Assembly: GCA_951406725.2 (NCBI GenBank)
Contig: OX597826.1
Span: 4,526,001 to 4,590,000, forward strand
Origin: Octopus vulgaris
Taxonomy: Eukaryota
Direction of reading: 5' to 3'
Length of the DNA stretch: 64,000 nt
Under the pieces are notes generated by a model, which was not told the origin of the DNA, did no database searches, and saw only the letters and a list, made by a program, of their open reading frames with translations. Of this stretch, positions 39,880 to 53,917 are shown piece after piece; within the stretch, counting starts at the first letter, position 1, and each line of letters begins with the position of its first letter. Position numbers and translations under genes: made by a program.

Positions 39880-40470
39880 ATACAAGACAAAGCAACATAT
39901 TACACAATACTACATAACACAAACCAAAACAATAGCACCTAATTCAAATACTATAGCATGATACAAAACAAAACAACATAATAGAACGGACCACACCACA
40001 GCGCAATACATTGCAATAGAACATTTTATAACAGAGCACTATTTAACATAAGAAAACCGAACGCCACAATCTAACACAGGGAAACACAACGCAAAACAAC
40101 ATAGCACAACATAACAGAACAGAATGCAATAGAACAGAAGGCATTCAACACCACACAACACAATACACAACACAACAACAACACACAACGAAAATACGCA
40201 ATGCAGCACAAAACAACACAACAAAATAGCACATAACACCACACAACATAACAGAAATCTATTCCGCATAACACAATAGTACAACATAATCCAACATCTG
40301 AAAAAACATTGCCCCACAACACAATAACCATGCACCTCAATAAAACACCGTAACACACAACGTAAAGCAAAGACCTAACACAACACCACACAATACAACA
40401 GAACTCTAATCAACGCAATCAACATAACATCGTACTACAAAGGACAACACAGCACCACATACCACACAAA
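39880..40470. repeat. Degenerate pentanucleotide tandem array (ACAAC/ATAAC/ACACC type)
   Basis: 5-nt periodicity is visible; it produces CVVLC-type peptides on the minus strand. Confidence 0.8.
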
Positions 40471-40610
40471 CAGCTCAGAAAAACAAAAAAAAAAGACCTC
40501 GATGAAGTAAACACTCTAATAATTATTGACGGCTTTTCAGGTTTCACTACTTTATGTAATTCCATCATTCCATAAAGATGTTTACAATAGCACCATCAGT
40601 AATATTCCTG

Positions 40611-40671
<61 letters not shown>

Positions 40672-40913
40672 CAACAGCAGCAGGAGCAGCAATATAGGCA
40701 GGAAGCCAGAGAAAAAAAAAAAGCAAAATGACTAACTTTATTTATTCGGTAGCAAATTTTCTCGCAGATTTCAAAACCCAGAAACGATAAAGAAATAAAA
40801 GTTTCTTTTTATTATATATATATTTATATTTTTTTTTAAATTTTGGGGTGCAGGTGGAGTCATTATTATATCATCATTATAATTGTTATCGTTGTGGTTG
40901 CGCTTCTTGTCGC

Positions 40914-40993
<80 letters not shown>

Positions 40994-41448
40994 ATTGCTG
41001 GAAAAAATACTGCCTTCTTTGTTCATCTCTGATTTGATTCCAATCCAATTTTCTCAACGTACAATTTTTCTTCACTCTCTCAAATTTTGTTTCTTTCTTA
41101 CATTGCTTTCTATATATAATTCTTTCATTCTCCGTCTCCTCATCCTCCCCCTCTCTCTTTCTCTCACAGACTCTCTCTCACTCTCTCTCTCTCCCTATCT
41201 GTCTATCTTTCTCTCCCCTTCTCTATCCATGTGATTTTTCCCCTCTTATTTTAGAATATTTTTCTATCAATTCCATATCGTTCCGTCTCTATTCGTTCTA
41301 CCACTCCTTCTTTCTCTGATTTTGCCATACATATTATTATATTTTAAAATTATTTTATCTTCCCGCCGAACGTTTAAATATCCCTCATCTTTTATTTTCT
41401 CTCCTTTTATCTTTCACTCTGAACTCGAATGCGTACGTGTATATATAT

Positions 41449-41517
<69 letters not shown>

Positions 41518-42310
41518 TGATATATTTGTGTGTTTGTGTTTGTGCATTTTTCCTCTCTCTTTCTCTACATACATACACATACATAGACACACACGCACAC
41601 AGTAAGAGAGATCCATCGTTATATAACTTACTAGTTATCCATCTATCAATCGTCTTGCCTAGTGATTGATCTCTTTCTCTTCTCAATATAACACACATAC
41701 ACACACACACACACACACTCGCATATATATATACATACACACACCATCAATCTATCTATAATTTTAAATTACTTTAATTCTTTTATCAATTTCCACACAT
41801 TCGTATACACATGCACACTCTACACAAGTTCTCTTTCTCTCCCTCACCTCTGCTCTCTTTAACAGAGCACATTGCTTTGTTTTTCATATAATTTACTTTC
41901 TGTTTAAATCCTGCGGTTCGAGCAACCTTTTGAAATTGCAATAATTTTATACTCACTCACCCTCTCTTTCTTGCCCTACCCTCTCATATTCTATGTCTTT
42001 CTCTCTAACACACGTTTTATTTTTCCTCTATCTCCCCACCTTCCCGTCAATTCAATTCAAACTGACGTCACTCTTTCTTCTCTTTCTCTCTCATACTTTC
42101 TTTTATTCATCTTTGTTTGTCTCTCTTTACTTCATTAAAACTCTCTCTCTTTCTCCTCCTCCTCCCTCTACTCACACCCTCATTTGTATTTTTCTTTCTT
42201 AAGCATGCTTTGACCTAATGTTTTCGGTTGCCTCGGAGGGAAGAATTCACGCCTGAAGGCATATTTTGGAAATTCAATTCTTCCTACTTCAACCAACAAA
42301 GACGTTACAC

Positions 42311-42344
<34 letters not shown>

Positions 42345-43121
42345 TACACCAGTAACGTACAACATCACTAAATTAGTCGTACATACGTACATACATGCAA
42401 TCACATTGTCACAGACACGTAGAGGCATTTGTACAATTACATACGAACGCATACACACTCACACATACAGTTCTGAATACATATAAATACATAGAGCGAC
42501 ATCTGCATATCTGTATACGTATCTGCATATAAACAAACATGTATGATCGTACACACATGTATACATAGGAAAAATCGAAAGCATTCTTATACATATACTC
42601 TAATACACACAGCATAAACATGGAATCACACAAATGCACACGTTAAGTACATGCATAGACAAACATATACACACAATTTAGATTCTATTACCACTAGAAA
42701 CAGATATTTCGAGGATTTTTTAGTGTGTTTTTGTTTTGCAGAAAAAAATAAAATAGTACACTTAAATATCGAAGCAAAAAAAACTGGGAACGAAATAAAG
42801 AATTTCTATAATAAATTTGATAAAAATACTAAAAATGAAGATAAACAAGGGTGTCAGCAAATTTCGTTTTCTAACAAAGGCACGTTCTCTCTAGTGTTGT
42901 TGTCCCTTTGTAGACCTCTATACTAAATTTTTTGTTCGTGTGTACGTGTGTGTTCGTGTATATATATATATATGTATGTATGTATATGTATATACACTTT
43001 TACTTTTCATTATACAAACGCCAGCAATTGCAAGTTCGAACAAAATAAGGAAAAAATACATTTAAATTAAGAAAGTGAATAAAAAAAGCCAAGACTAAAA
43101 TAAGATATATATATATATATC

Positions 43122-43164
<43 letters not shown>

Positions 43165-43195
43165 AGGTTAGAATTAAAGGGAACCCAATGAAATT

Positions 43196-43329
<134 letters not shown>

Positions 43330-43589
43330 CGTTGATGAAGTAAATGGTATGAATAATAAATATTTAAATAATAATGGAAAAATAGTGACGTCAGATTTTC
43401 TTGTATTTGTAAAATAAATTCTTGTAATTCCAATTGAAGTTCTTTAGAATAGCGAGTTTCTTCAATTCTGCCTTCGTTACGGTTTTCACAGTTTGTAACT
43501 ATAAGCTGTTAGAGGAGAAGGATCGAGAAAAATAAATAAATAAATAATTGCATTATATATAATCAGCTGAAATTGCGACGATAATCTGG

Positions 43590-43722
43590 TGCTTGACTGA
43601 GGATACAGGGCTTCGAATGAGCCGTCCTTGTTTTATTGTATCGTCTATTGGGATGTTTTGTCGTCTCTTTTTGTATCACCTAGCTGTCCGAATGTTTTGC
43701 GTTCTTGTTCCATTTATATATA

Positions 43723-43755
<33 letters not shown>

Positions 43756-43906
43756 TCTATCTGTTTATTTTCTCGTGTTCTTTTCTGCTGAAGAGCGTAC
43801 GCTCGAAAAGTAAAAGGCTTTCTCACCTTCCTGAGCGTTAAACTAATACACCTGTTTGCTGTTTATACACGTGTCTTTGTCTTTTGTTGTTTTGTAAATT
43901 ACAACT
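43590..43906 (+). mobile_element. Penelope-like-element-derived repeat with a minimal hammerhead-like motif and internal (TA)n
   Basis: The 3' part aligns with 15990-16160. Contains TTTT-CTGCTGA-A-GAGC-GTAC-GCTC-GAAAA-GTA-AAAG. The 5' part shares AATGTTTT.CGTTCTTGT.CCAT with 22278-22300. Confidence 0.65.
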
Positions 43907-43942
43907 ATATATATATATATTATGTGTGATAATAATGACAGT

Positions 43943-44151
43943 CCTTTCTCCTCCAGCACAAAGCATCAAACTTGAGGGGAGGAGATTTGTCGATTACATC
44001 GACCCCGTTGTTTTACTGATATATAATTTATTTATCCCGAAAAGATGAAAAGAAATTTGAAAGAAATTTAAACTCAGAACGTAAGGACGGGTGAAATACC
44101 GCTAAGCATTTTCCCAGCGTGCTAACGATTCCACGCCGGCTCGCCGCCTTA
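43943..44151 (-). mobile_element. SINE family C monomer with a core deletion
   Basis: Head ...GCTCGCCGCCTT next to (AAT)n; GTCGATTACATCGACCCC and CCCGAAAAGATGAAA are present. Confidence 0.88.
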
Positions 44152-44175
44152 ATAATAATAATAATGATAATAATG

Positions 44176-44221
<46 letters not shown>

Positions 44222-44912
44222 CACCACCATCATCAGCAAGACTAATGATATAATTACCGCCACCACCATTGTTAATACTATATCATCACTAATACTACTA
44301 CTTCTGCTGCTACTGTTACTGCTTCAGCTGCTGCTGCTACTACTACAGCAGGTCCTAATAATATCATCATCACCGTCGGTACAACAAAGATCAGAATTAC
44401 AGACACTACAAGGACCTCTCCCACTCCTACCACGGACCACCAATGTAGTAAGAACCACCACCTCCTATCCCCACCGCCAAAGGCAATGTCACTATCACAG
44501 AATCTACCACCACCACCAACACCACAAGTACCACCATTACAACTACTATGGACCACCAACAGAGAGAAAGGTTATCTACTAGACATTGTTTTTCCAAGTA
44601 AGCCAACGACTGAATCCTTGTGTGGTAGTCGCTAGTCATGCTAGAAATAGTAGCCAAATATTATTTCCCTCAATCTACATCTTACTATCATAGAAAATAA
44701 TTAATTGCGATAGAGCTAGTAGTAATACCAAAAAGTAATTTTGATATCCAACTTAACGTGGAGTTTGTGTTTAGAACACAGAATAATGTGTTATTTGCGT
44801 TGGGTTCCATGTTCTGATGCAACCTCTACGTTACTTTGGCGATCAAAATTACCATTCAATATCTTAGAAATGGGGATATTCAACAATGCAGCGATGGGTT
44901 ATTTTCATATTT

Positions 44913-45105
44913 TCCTTTCTACTAAAAGCATTTTGGGGGAGGGGTTAAGTTGATTACATCGAACCCAGTGTTTTACCGGCACTTAATTTATCGACCCCGA
45001 AAGGATGAAAGGTAAAGTCGACCTCGGCGGAATTTTAATTCAGAACGTAACGGCAGATGAAATACCGCTATGCATTTTGCTAACGATTCTGCCAGTTCAC
45101 CGCCG
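44913..45105 (-). mobile_element. SINE family C monomer
   Basis: Full core. TTTCATAT occurs on both sides (44903-44910 and 45106-45113), a possible TSD. Confidence 0.9.
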
Positions 45106-45116
45106 TTTCATATATT

Positions 45117-45353
45117 CTTTTCTACTCTGGGCACAAGGCCCAAAATTTGGGGGTGGGGGTATAGTCGATTAGATCGACCCCAGTACGCAACTGGTAATTA
45201 ATTTATCGATCTCGAAAGGATGAAAGGCAAAGTCGACCCCGGCGGCATTTGAACTCAGAACGTAAAAGACAGACGAAATACCTATTTCTTTACTACCCAC
45301 AAGGGGCTAAACACAGAGAGAACAAACAAGGACAAACGGATTAAGTCGATTAT
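45117..45353 (-). mobile_element. SINE family C dimer, 5'-truncated
   Basis: Tail 1 + core + junction GACGAAATACCTATTTCTTTACTACCCACAAGGGG + tail 2, as at 17100-17190 and 49920-50010. Confidence 0.9.
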
Positions 45354-45389
45354 CATGAAACACATAATAATCCTCTTCCTTCTCCTCTA

Positions 45390-45846
45390 ATTCATCATCA
45401 TCATCACCACCATCAGCACCGCCACCACCGACACCATCGTCTCCTCCATCACCGCCACGACCACAATCGGCCCACCACCACCACCATTAGCCTCGCCACC
45501 ACCGTCAACCACTGCAACCACCATCAGCTCCGCCAACACTGTCACCACCGCCATCAGCCCCTCCACTACCGACATGACCACAATCAGCTCCATCCACCAC
45601 CACCATCAGCCCCACCACCACCATCAGACCCTCCACCACCGCCACACCCACAATCAGCACCGCCACCACCACCATCAGCCCCGCCATCACCAACATCACC
45701 ACCGACACCACCACCACCATCAGCCCTTCCACTACTGCCAAGACCACCACTACTGCTCCGCCACTACCGGCACCACCACAATCAGCTTCGCCACCACTAC
45801 AACCACCATCATCATCATCACACTCTTTTATCATCTTCATCACCAT
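45390..45846. repeat. GC-rich degenerate minisatellite, unit about (ACC)n-ATCAGC-(C/T)CCGCC
   Basis: C(C/A)ATCAGC-like words recur about 11 times within a CCA background. Confidence 0.8.
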
Positions 45847-46189
45847 TGCTATATTCCTTAAACTCATCATCATCGTCAGCGCCATCTATAGAGATATATC
45901 ATCGCCATTATAACATCCTTCTTGTTGTAAGCATAAACATCCTCCATCAATACCGTCGAGCTTTTCTTCAGCGACGAGCAACACAAACGCAACGACAACA
46001 GCAACCACGTCAATATCACCAACAACAACAACAGCTCGACCATCTCGGAAAAACTGAGGGTACGAATATTGATTCGTGATGTTGCTTTTTATAAAAAGAA
46101 AATTCGTTGCACCATTAAAAAAAACCATCAAAAATAACAGCAACGATGAGAATATTACTAATAATTAGGGATTCTATAATAATGAAACA

Positions 46190-46357
46190 AAATAGTAATA
46201 ATAATAATAATATAATGATGATGATGATGATGGTACTAGTAATAATAATAATAATAATGATAATAACAACAACAACAATAATGATGATGATGATGATGAT
46301 GATGATGATGGTAGTAGTAGTAGTAATATTAATAACAACAACAATAATAATAATAAC

Positions 46358-46388
<31 letters not shown>

Positions 46389-46394
46389 ATAATG

Positions 46395-46428
<34 letters not shown>

Positions 46429-46520
46429 TGGTAATAATGATAATAATAGTAATAATAATAATAACAATAATAATGATGATGATGATGAAGAAGAAGATAA
46501 TTATTATTATTACTAATAAT
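46190..46520. repeat. Compound (AAT)/(GAT)/(AAC)/(GTA) trinucleotide array
   Basis: Direct inspection. Confidence 0.95.
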
Positions 46521-47254
46521 TAGAAATTATATTGGTAGAATAATGGTGATGATGATGATGATGGTACTTTGTTGGTGTTGTTTTCCTAAAAAGGGGAAGA
46601 GCTATGACGAAATATATGAAGAAAGACAAAAAAATAAAAGAAAACCAAATCCCAAAAAGCAAAATAAACAATAACATGGAAAGGTCAAATAAGTGTAAAA
46701 CCAGATTATGACATTGTGAATGTTATCAAGAACAGGAACTGACGTCATCTTTGTGTGTGCGCGCGTGTATGTATGTATGTGTCTGTGTGGTGTTGAACCT
46801 GTATTAAGTCTGTCGGAAACATGCATGCATTAGAATAAATGTATGTGGCTAGAAGTGTACGTATGTGAGTGTATATATATATATATAGACGTGTATGTAT
46901 GTGTTGTGTGTGTGCATATGCTGTATCGTGTGAGTTCGTATGAGTACATATGCCGAGCTGTATGCTTGTACGTTTACATGATTTCTCATATGAGTTAGTG
47001 GTTGCGATTCATTAAGCATGTTGTGTATGCAAGTGTCTGTATAAATGTTTATGTCTTTGCATGTATATGCAACTGTAACTTGGGTATTGTAATAGCATTT
47101 GCCCTGTATGTAAGTGTGTGATTGCTATCCCGTACGTATCTGTACGTGTTTATAGAAGCGTGGGGCTAAAACGTATATAGATAAGAATACCGTCTAGCAG
47201 GAGTAAAAATACACATATACACACACATATTCGATGAATACACTCTTACACACG

Positions 47255-47296
<42 letters not shown>

Positions 47297-47310
47297 CTCT
47301 CTCTCTCTCT

Positions 47311-47717
47311 TTTACTCTTTTACTTGTTTCAGTCATTTGACTGCGGCCATGCTGGAGCACCGCTTTTTAGTCGAGCAAATCGAACCCAGGACTTATGCTT
47401 TGTAAGCCTAGCACCTATTCTATCGGTCTCCTTTGTCGAACCGCTAGGGAACGGGGATGTAAGTAAATACACCAGCATCGGTTGTTAAGCGATGTTTGGG
47501 GGACAAACACAGACACAAACACACACATACACACACATATATACATATACATATATACGACAGGATTCTTTCTGTTTCCGTCTACCAAATCGACTCACAA
47601 AGCTTTGTTCGGCCCGAGGCTATAGTAGAAGACACTTACCCAAGTAGAAGTCACGCATTGTGACTGAACCCGGAACCATGTGGCTGGCAAGCAAGCTACT
47701 TACCACACAGCCACTCC
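47311..47717 (-). mobile_element. SINE family B, near full length
   Basis: Colinear with 25905-26293; minus-strand head GGAGTGGCTGTGTGGTAAGTAGCTTGC. Confidence 0.93.
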
Positions 47718-49367
47718 AGGTAGACATTCCGATATTTTATTCATATTTTATTTGGCTACGGATGAAATATAAATGGAATGAAAAATGGTTGTATTGTGGT
47801 GATTCGTTATGGAATCTCGTATGTATTTCTCAAAATTAAGGCTTTAGAATCTTACGAAGGGAGATAACTGCAGGATGAGGGGTACGTCAAGAAGAAAAGG
47901 AAATTGTTCAAAGTATGTAAGGTAAATTGTAACAGAGAGAGTATAAGCCGAAACTGTGATGAACTTTGGCCGCCTGAGCATATATTTGTGCTTGTTTGCA
48001 TACTACCTTCTTTTCCGTATTGCTTCGTCTTCCTGAGTCCCCTTTTCCATGATATGAGTGTGTTGAATGAGCACATTATGTACATATACAGATATGTAGC
48101 AACATATGTATACATTTTATTGTGTCGTAGCGTTACACAGGAACTTAGATATTACAGCATACGTTATCGTATTATCTCGTGTTTGAACCTACGTGTTCAT
48201 TTGAAGTGAAGATTCAGGCAAGGGAGGTCACATTAACATCTTTGTATGACCAGCAATAATAACTCCTGTATCAGAAATATCAAGAAATTAATATCAATAA
48301 TGAGATAAATCGTGCCAATGAGAGATACTGTATGCGTTTTGCTCTCTACTACAATTATTCGTCAAATCGTACCCTACTATCTTAAATAAGTAACACTAAT
48401 TGGCCCAGCCTTGCAAAGACAAAATACGTCCAAAAACGAATTGGCAGTTATGTATAATTGGACAGCATGCCAAACTTGGATAAGGTAGTTAAGTGGAGGT
48501 CGTGTGTGTACTAAAATCTACATATGATAAAGACCAAGCTAAGGTTATCTAGGACACACCTGTCCAAACATGCAACGAGATCAAGTTGATCATGGAATGT
48601 AATGAGAACCTATGTTCTCTGACACACAACTTGAGAATTTCTGACTATAATGTCGGACAAAATGTATGTAAGTCTCAGCCAAAATACAAAACCCTTGAAA
48701 TGATATTAAATAGGATGTCGGGTATGAAAAGGAAAAAAGAAATGCTTAAAGTAATTGGGTGAGTACTAAGTATAAATACAAACATTAAGAATAACACAGA
48801 AACCATACCAATTCGACGTTGTCCTCAGCCAAAAATGAAAAAGAAGTCTTATATGGCACAACCCACATCCTGTGCTAAACACTATCAATTCAATAGTCTT
48901 ATACGCAATACATTGTGGACAACACAATACATTATCGCCACACGTTCATAATACACGACCAGCGTAGCACACACTGTGCACAATTATCGCCCAATAAAAA
49001 CAAAGTCACATATCGTAGACTACGTTTTCTGTCTACATCAACAATAAAGTAACGCCAGGAACGACAAGAATTACACTGTGTGTGTGTGTGTGTGTTTGTT
49101 TGTTTCTCATAGTAATGGTAGCTAGTCGTTGTGGGTCTCCGTCGTTTCACGAAGAGAGCTCGGTGCTTTGGCCAACAGAACAATCGGCTCCTGAATACAC
49201 GTGTTGAGATTTCCTTTCACAAATGTACACTTAACGCGAGACTCCGACAGAATCATAACAGCTCTAAACAGCTTACGCCTACCCAAGTTCGCTCACAATG
49301 TACCAATCAGCCCGAGGCTATTGGAAACACACACACACATGCACAGAAACACACAAACATACATACT

Positions 49368-49428
<61 letters not shown>

Positions 49429-49554
49429 CATAGCATAGCATAGCAGCTGTAATATACAGATAGTATATTCAAGACAATACTGTAAACCCCTCAGTAACGC
49501 AGCTGTGTACTTTATTGAATTTCGCATGAGGTTGTTGAAAACGTAATAGCAATA

Positions 49555-49750
49555 CAACTGGCAGAAACTTCGGAGCGTCGAAAAAAATACTTTGCATTCT
49601 TTGTTGTGGAGCTTTGGGGTCAAATCTCACCATGGTCGACTTTTAGCTTTGCAGAGTAAATAATACATAAAATACTAGCTAAATACTGGGGTCGATTCAT
49701 CGCCTTTTCCCCTTCACAAATTTTGAGTTTTTACGCTTTTGACAGAAACA
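49555..49750 (+). mobile_element. Old sense-strand SINE family C-like copy
   Basis: CTGGCAGAAAC..GGTCAAATCTCACCATGGTCGACTTT..AATACTGGGGTCGAT..CAAATTTT. Confidence 0.6.
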
Positions 49751-49764
49751 TTACTTGAGTTATT

Positions 49765-50111
49765 CTTTTCGGCTTTAGGCACAAGGCTCGAAATTTTTGG
49801 GGAGGGAGTCAATCGATTAGATTGACCAAAGTGCGTAACTGGTACTTAATTTATCAAACCCGAAAGGATGAAAGGCGAAGTCGACATCAGCGGAATTTGA
49901 ACTCAGACCGTAAAGACGGACGAAATACCTATTTCTTAACTACCCACTAGGGGCTAGACTCAGAGGAGACAAACAAGGACAGATAGACGGATTAAGTCTA
50001 TTATATCGACCCCAGTGCGTAACTGGTACTTAATTTATCGACCCCGAAAGGATGAAAGGCAAAGTCGACCTCGGCGGAATATGAACTCACAACGTAACAG
50101 CGGACGAAATA
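49765..50111 (-). mobile_element. SINE family C dimer
   Basis: Two cores (near 49860 and 50042) separated by tail 2; same junction as 16948-17315. Confidence 0.92.
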
Positions 50112-50857
50112 TGACTGTGACTAAAGACTTAACACTTGGACTAACGAAAAACGAAGGAAATACAATGACAAAAAATATATACATAATTAAAAGAAGAAAC
50201 AAAAAGCATTTATAAGACCAACAAAAAGGAAAAGATCGCCACTACCACAAACACCGCCATTATCATCGCTACCGCCAATAGTTTGCGACAGCGACTCCTT
50301 TGCACAACAACAGCAACTATTGACAGCGGCATGGAGAAGCTTAAACTTAACATGGCTTCAACTGGATATATTTATGGCCAGGGGCTATAGTGTGGCCTAA
50401 TTAAGGAAAGACAGATTGAATAAGGAAACAGTTAAGATGCTGTGAACGCTCGGTGACGCGGATTATAGTGGTGAGGTCGGTGGTGGTGGTCGTGGTGGTC
50501 TTATAAGAACTGAGGCGGTGAGGACTGCAGTGGTAAAAATTGATGGTAGAGGTGAAAATGGAGATGGTTGTTGTTGCGGTAGTTATTGTTGTTGTGATTG
50601 TGTTGGGGTGGGGGGGGTGAGAGACATGGTGATTGAGTCGGTGGGGTGGCGGAGGGGCTTTGTCAACGATGCAGTTGTGGTGGTGGTGGTGGTGGTGTGT
50701 GGTGATTGTGGTGGAGTGCCATTGGTGACTGGCTGTCAATGGCCTCCAGAGAAAGACATCGAACAAGTAAAAGGGTTTATAACTAAAGATGTTGCGAATG
50801 CATTCGTGGAAGGTGGTAGAGTCACCAAAAGGAACGGCAGGACATGGTGCTCTCGAT

Positions 50858-51195
50858 GATAGCGGCGGCGGCAGTGGTGGTGGTGGTGGTGGTGGTGATG
50901 GTGGTGGTGGTGGTGGTGGTGGTGGTGGTGGTGGTGGTGGTGGTACTGATGGTGGTGGTGCTGATGGTGGGTGTTGGTGGTGGTGGTGGTGTTGGTGGTG
51001 GTACAGTGTCTTGGTGCCTGTGAGGACCACTAGGGTGGGCTGAGAGTAACAGAATAGCAGTAGGTAGGTCGGGGCTATATAAGAGGATAACAATGGTTAC
51101 AGCGGTGTTATAGTGTTGATGGTGGTGGTGGTAGTGGTGGTGGTGGTGGTGGTGGTAGCAGCAGCGGCAGTAGCTGTAGTAGTAGTAGTAGTCTG
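50858..51195. repeat. (GGT)n-rich region
   Basis: Direct inspection. Confidence 0.9.
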
Positions 51196-52052
51196 CGTGT
51201 GTCCTGTGGACTTGGTGCTAATAAGTTGGTGCCTTTAAGGACCACCACTAAAGTTTGGGCTGACAGCATAGAGATAACGGTAAAGGAGAATGGAAACGGG
51301 GTAGGGGGAGAAGTGGAGGATGGTGGTAGTGTTAGGGGTGAGGGTGTTTTTACTGTAGATAGTGATGGTGGTGGCGGGTGGGTGGGTAGTTTGGTGGTGC
51401 GTGGATGTGGGTCGGTGATGGGTGACGGTGCTTAGTAGATAGTCATTGAGGTGATAGTTGTACTGACAGAGAATTGAATTTATTGTCAAATATTTTCGTG
51501 TTGGTCACGTGGTTCTTATTGGTGGCGCTGCCGCTGTTTGTCACTATCGACGCGGTCGATGATAACGATGTTGTTGTTAGCGGGGATGCTGGTTGTGGTA
51601 TGAGGAGTAATTGTGTACAGAGGTGGGGGTTGTAGTAGCAGTATTGAGAGGAGCTTATACCTAAGGTTTCGTGTTGATGCAGACGATGACTACAACGATG
51701 AAGGTGTTGGTGGTGGTGGTGGTGGTGGTGGTCATGGTGAGAAGGATTTTAATGGTGGTAAAAGAGATTGTATTTGCACGATGGTGACGGTCGTAGCAGT
51801 GTTTTGAGTAGGGATTGTTTTTAAGGTTTCCTGTTGATAAAGAAGCTGATGATGATAGATCGGTAGATAGATAGACAGAGAGCGAGAGAGAGAGAGAGAG
51901 AGAGAGAGTGAGAGAAAGAGAGAGATAAAGAGAGAGAGAGAGAGAAAATAGAGATAGATAGATAGATAGATAGATATATACATACATAGGAAAATAGATA
52001 GATAGAAGTAATGCAGAAGAGGTAATCTATTGTGTTTTTACTTTTAATACTA

Positions 52053-52191
<139 letters not shown>

Positions 52192-53371
52192 GCGCGCGCA
52201 CACTTAAGACGACTGTTTGTGTTGAGAAAGAGCAGATTCCCTGTAGAGCATGCAGAACAGAACCGCCTTTACATACACTTTGTACGTATGTAATGTATAT
52301 ATATATATATATATATATATCATCTCACTTCCACCACCATACATACCACAACCACCTACCACCACCACCACCACCACACCACCGACGCTGACTGCCAAAC
52401 TCTTCATGAGATATAACCGCAAGAACCACTTCTGTATTCTTAAACGACAACACTAACCCATAATTACATCCTCTTTCACGCACCCACGCACCCACGCACC
52501 CACCCAACTACTTTTGTATTTTCTAGTCTTCGTCCTTTTCTTTCTTTCTTTCTTTCTTTTTTTCTTCCTCCTTTTGTCCATTCCTTCCAGTTGAATAATC
52601 CATTCCACACTCGTCTACACTACAAACTCTTGATATTCCACACAGTCTTACACACACACAACCACACACACACACACACATATACACTCGTACGCGCACG
52701 CGCCAAGTAGCACCCTGCTACTCTCTTTATCTATCCATCTGTATATATTTACATCTACCCATCCATCCATCCATCCATCCATCTATTGTTTCATCTATCA
52801 ATGCATTCAACTGCTGATCCATTCATTCGCTGATCCACTCGTCGATCCGCTAAACCACCCGTCCATCTATCTGTCCATCCACCCGTCCACGAGTACTTCC
52901 ACTTGATTTTCTTACCCGACAATATGTATGCAACGATTCGTCTATTGTATTAGCCATATAATAAATATTTGTCTATCTAACATGCATAGGTAGATATCTA
53001 TCTTTCTACCTTACATTTTTTCATCTCTTTCTTCCTCCCCCCTCTCACTCTCCCCTCACTCTCTCTCTCTTTTTTCCTCTTCTTTTGCGTAAATATATTT
53101 ATATATATATACATACATACTTGCATACACACACACACACTTACACACACACACATATAATAACGAAATTTTACAAAATGTATAAATGGATGATGAGTAA
53201 AGCACAGTTTCGGTTACCTGTTCTTATCCGTGGATTTATTGCAGGAAGTTCGTAGTGGCATTTGATGTAACAGTATTAATAAAATAGGAGATGGAATGTG
53301 CAATAGACTTTATTGGGTACAGCACATGTTTCGAAGCGTTCTGGGTCTCTTCAGGTACATCGATATACGTG

Positions 53372-53440
<69 letters not shown>

Positions 53441-53562
53441 ACACCGTTTTATGCATGTTAATCTCAATTGTTCTATGTATGAACAGGCATACACGGAGGA
53501 GAGTGCGCACGCTCTCATGCATATGTGTGTGTATATGTCTGTATTTTTATGTAGGTATATAA

Positions 53563-53608
<46 letters not shown>

Positions 53609-53688
53609 GTGTGTATGTATGTATTTGTATGTGTTTAGACGCAGAATCACCGAATAGTTAACAAATTCACTCTGCAATCGAGACGTCC

Positions 53689-53917
53689 TATTTCTTTACT
53701 ACCCACAAGGGCCTAAACACAGAGAGGACAAACAAGGATAGACAAACGGATTAAGTCGATTATATCGACCCCAGTGCGTAACTAGTTATTTAATCGACCC
53801 CGAAATGATTAAAGCAAAGTCGACCTCAGCGGAATTTGAACTCAGAACGTAGCGGCAGACGAAATACTGCTAAGCATTTCGCCCGGCGTGCTAACGTTTC
53901 TGACAGCTCGCCGCCCT
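53689..53917 (-). mobile_element. SINE family C monomer with tail 2, full length, with TSD
   Basis: Perfect direct repeat TGCAATCGAGACGTCC at 53673-53688 and 53918-53933. Minus-strand head GGGCGGCGAGCTGTCAGAAACGTTAGCACG with B-box GAGTTCAAATTCC. Confidence 0.95.

Noticed and set aside
50401-51093. 230-aa proline-rich ORF (formin/extensin-like)
   Set aside because: It derives from (GGT)n repeats, and the non-repeat parts show no recognisable domain.
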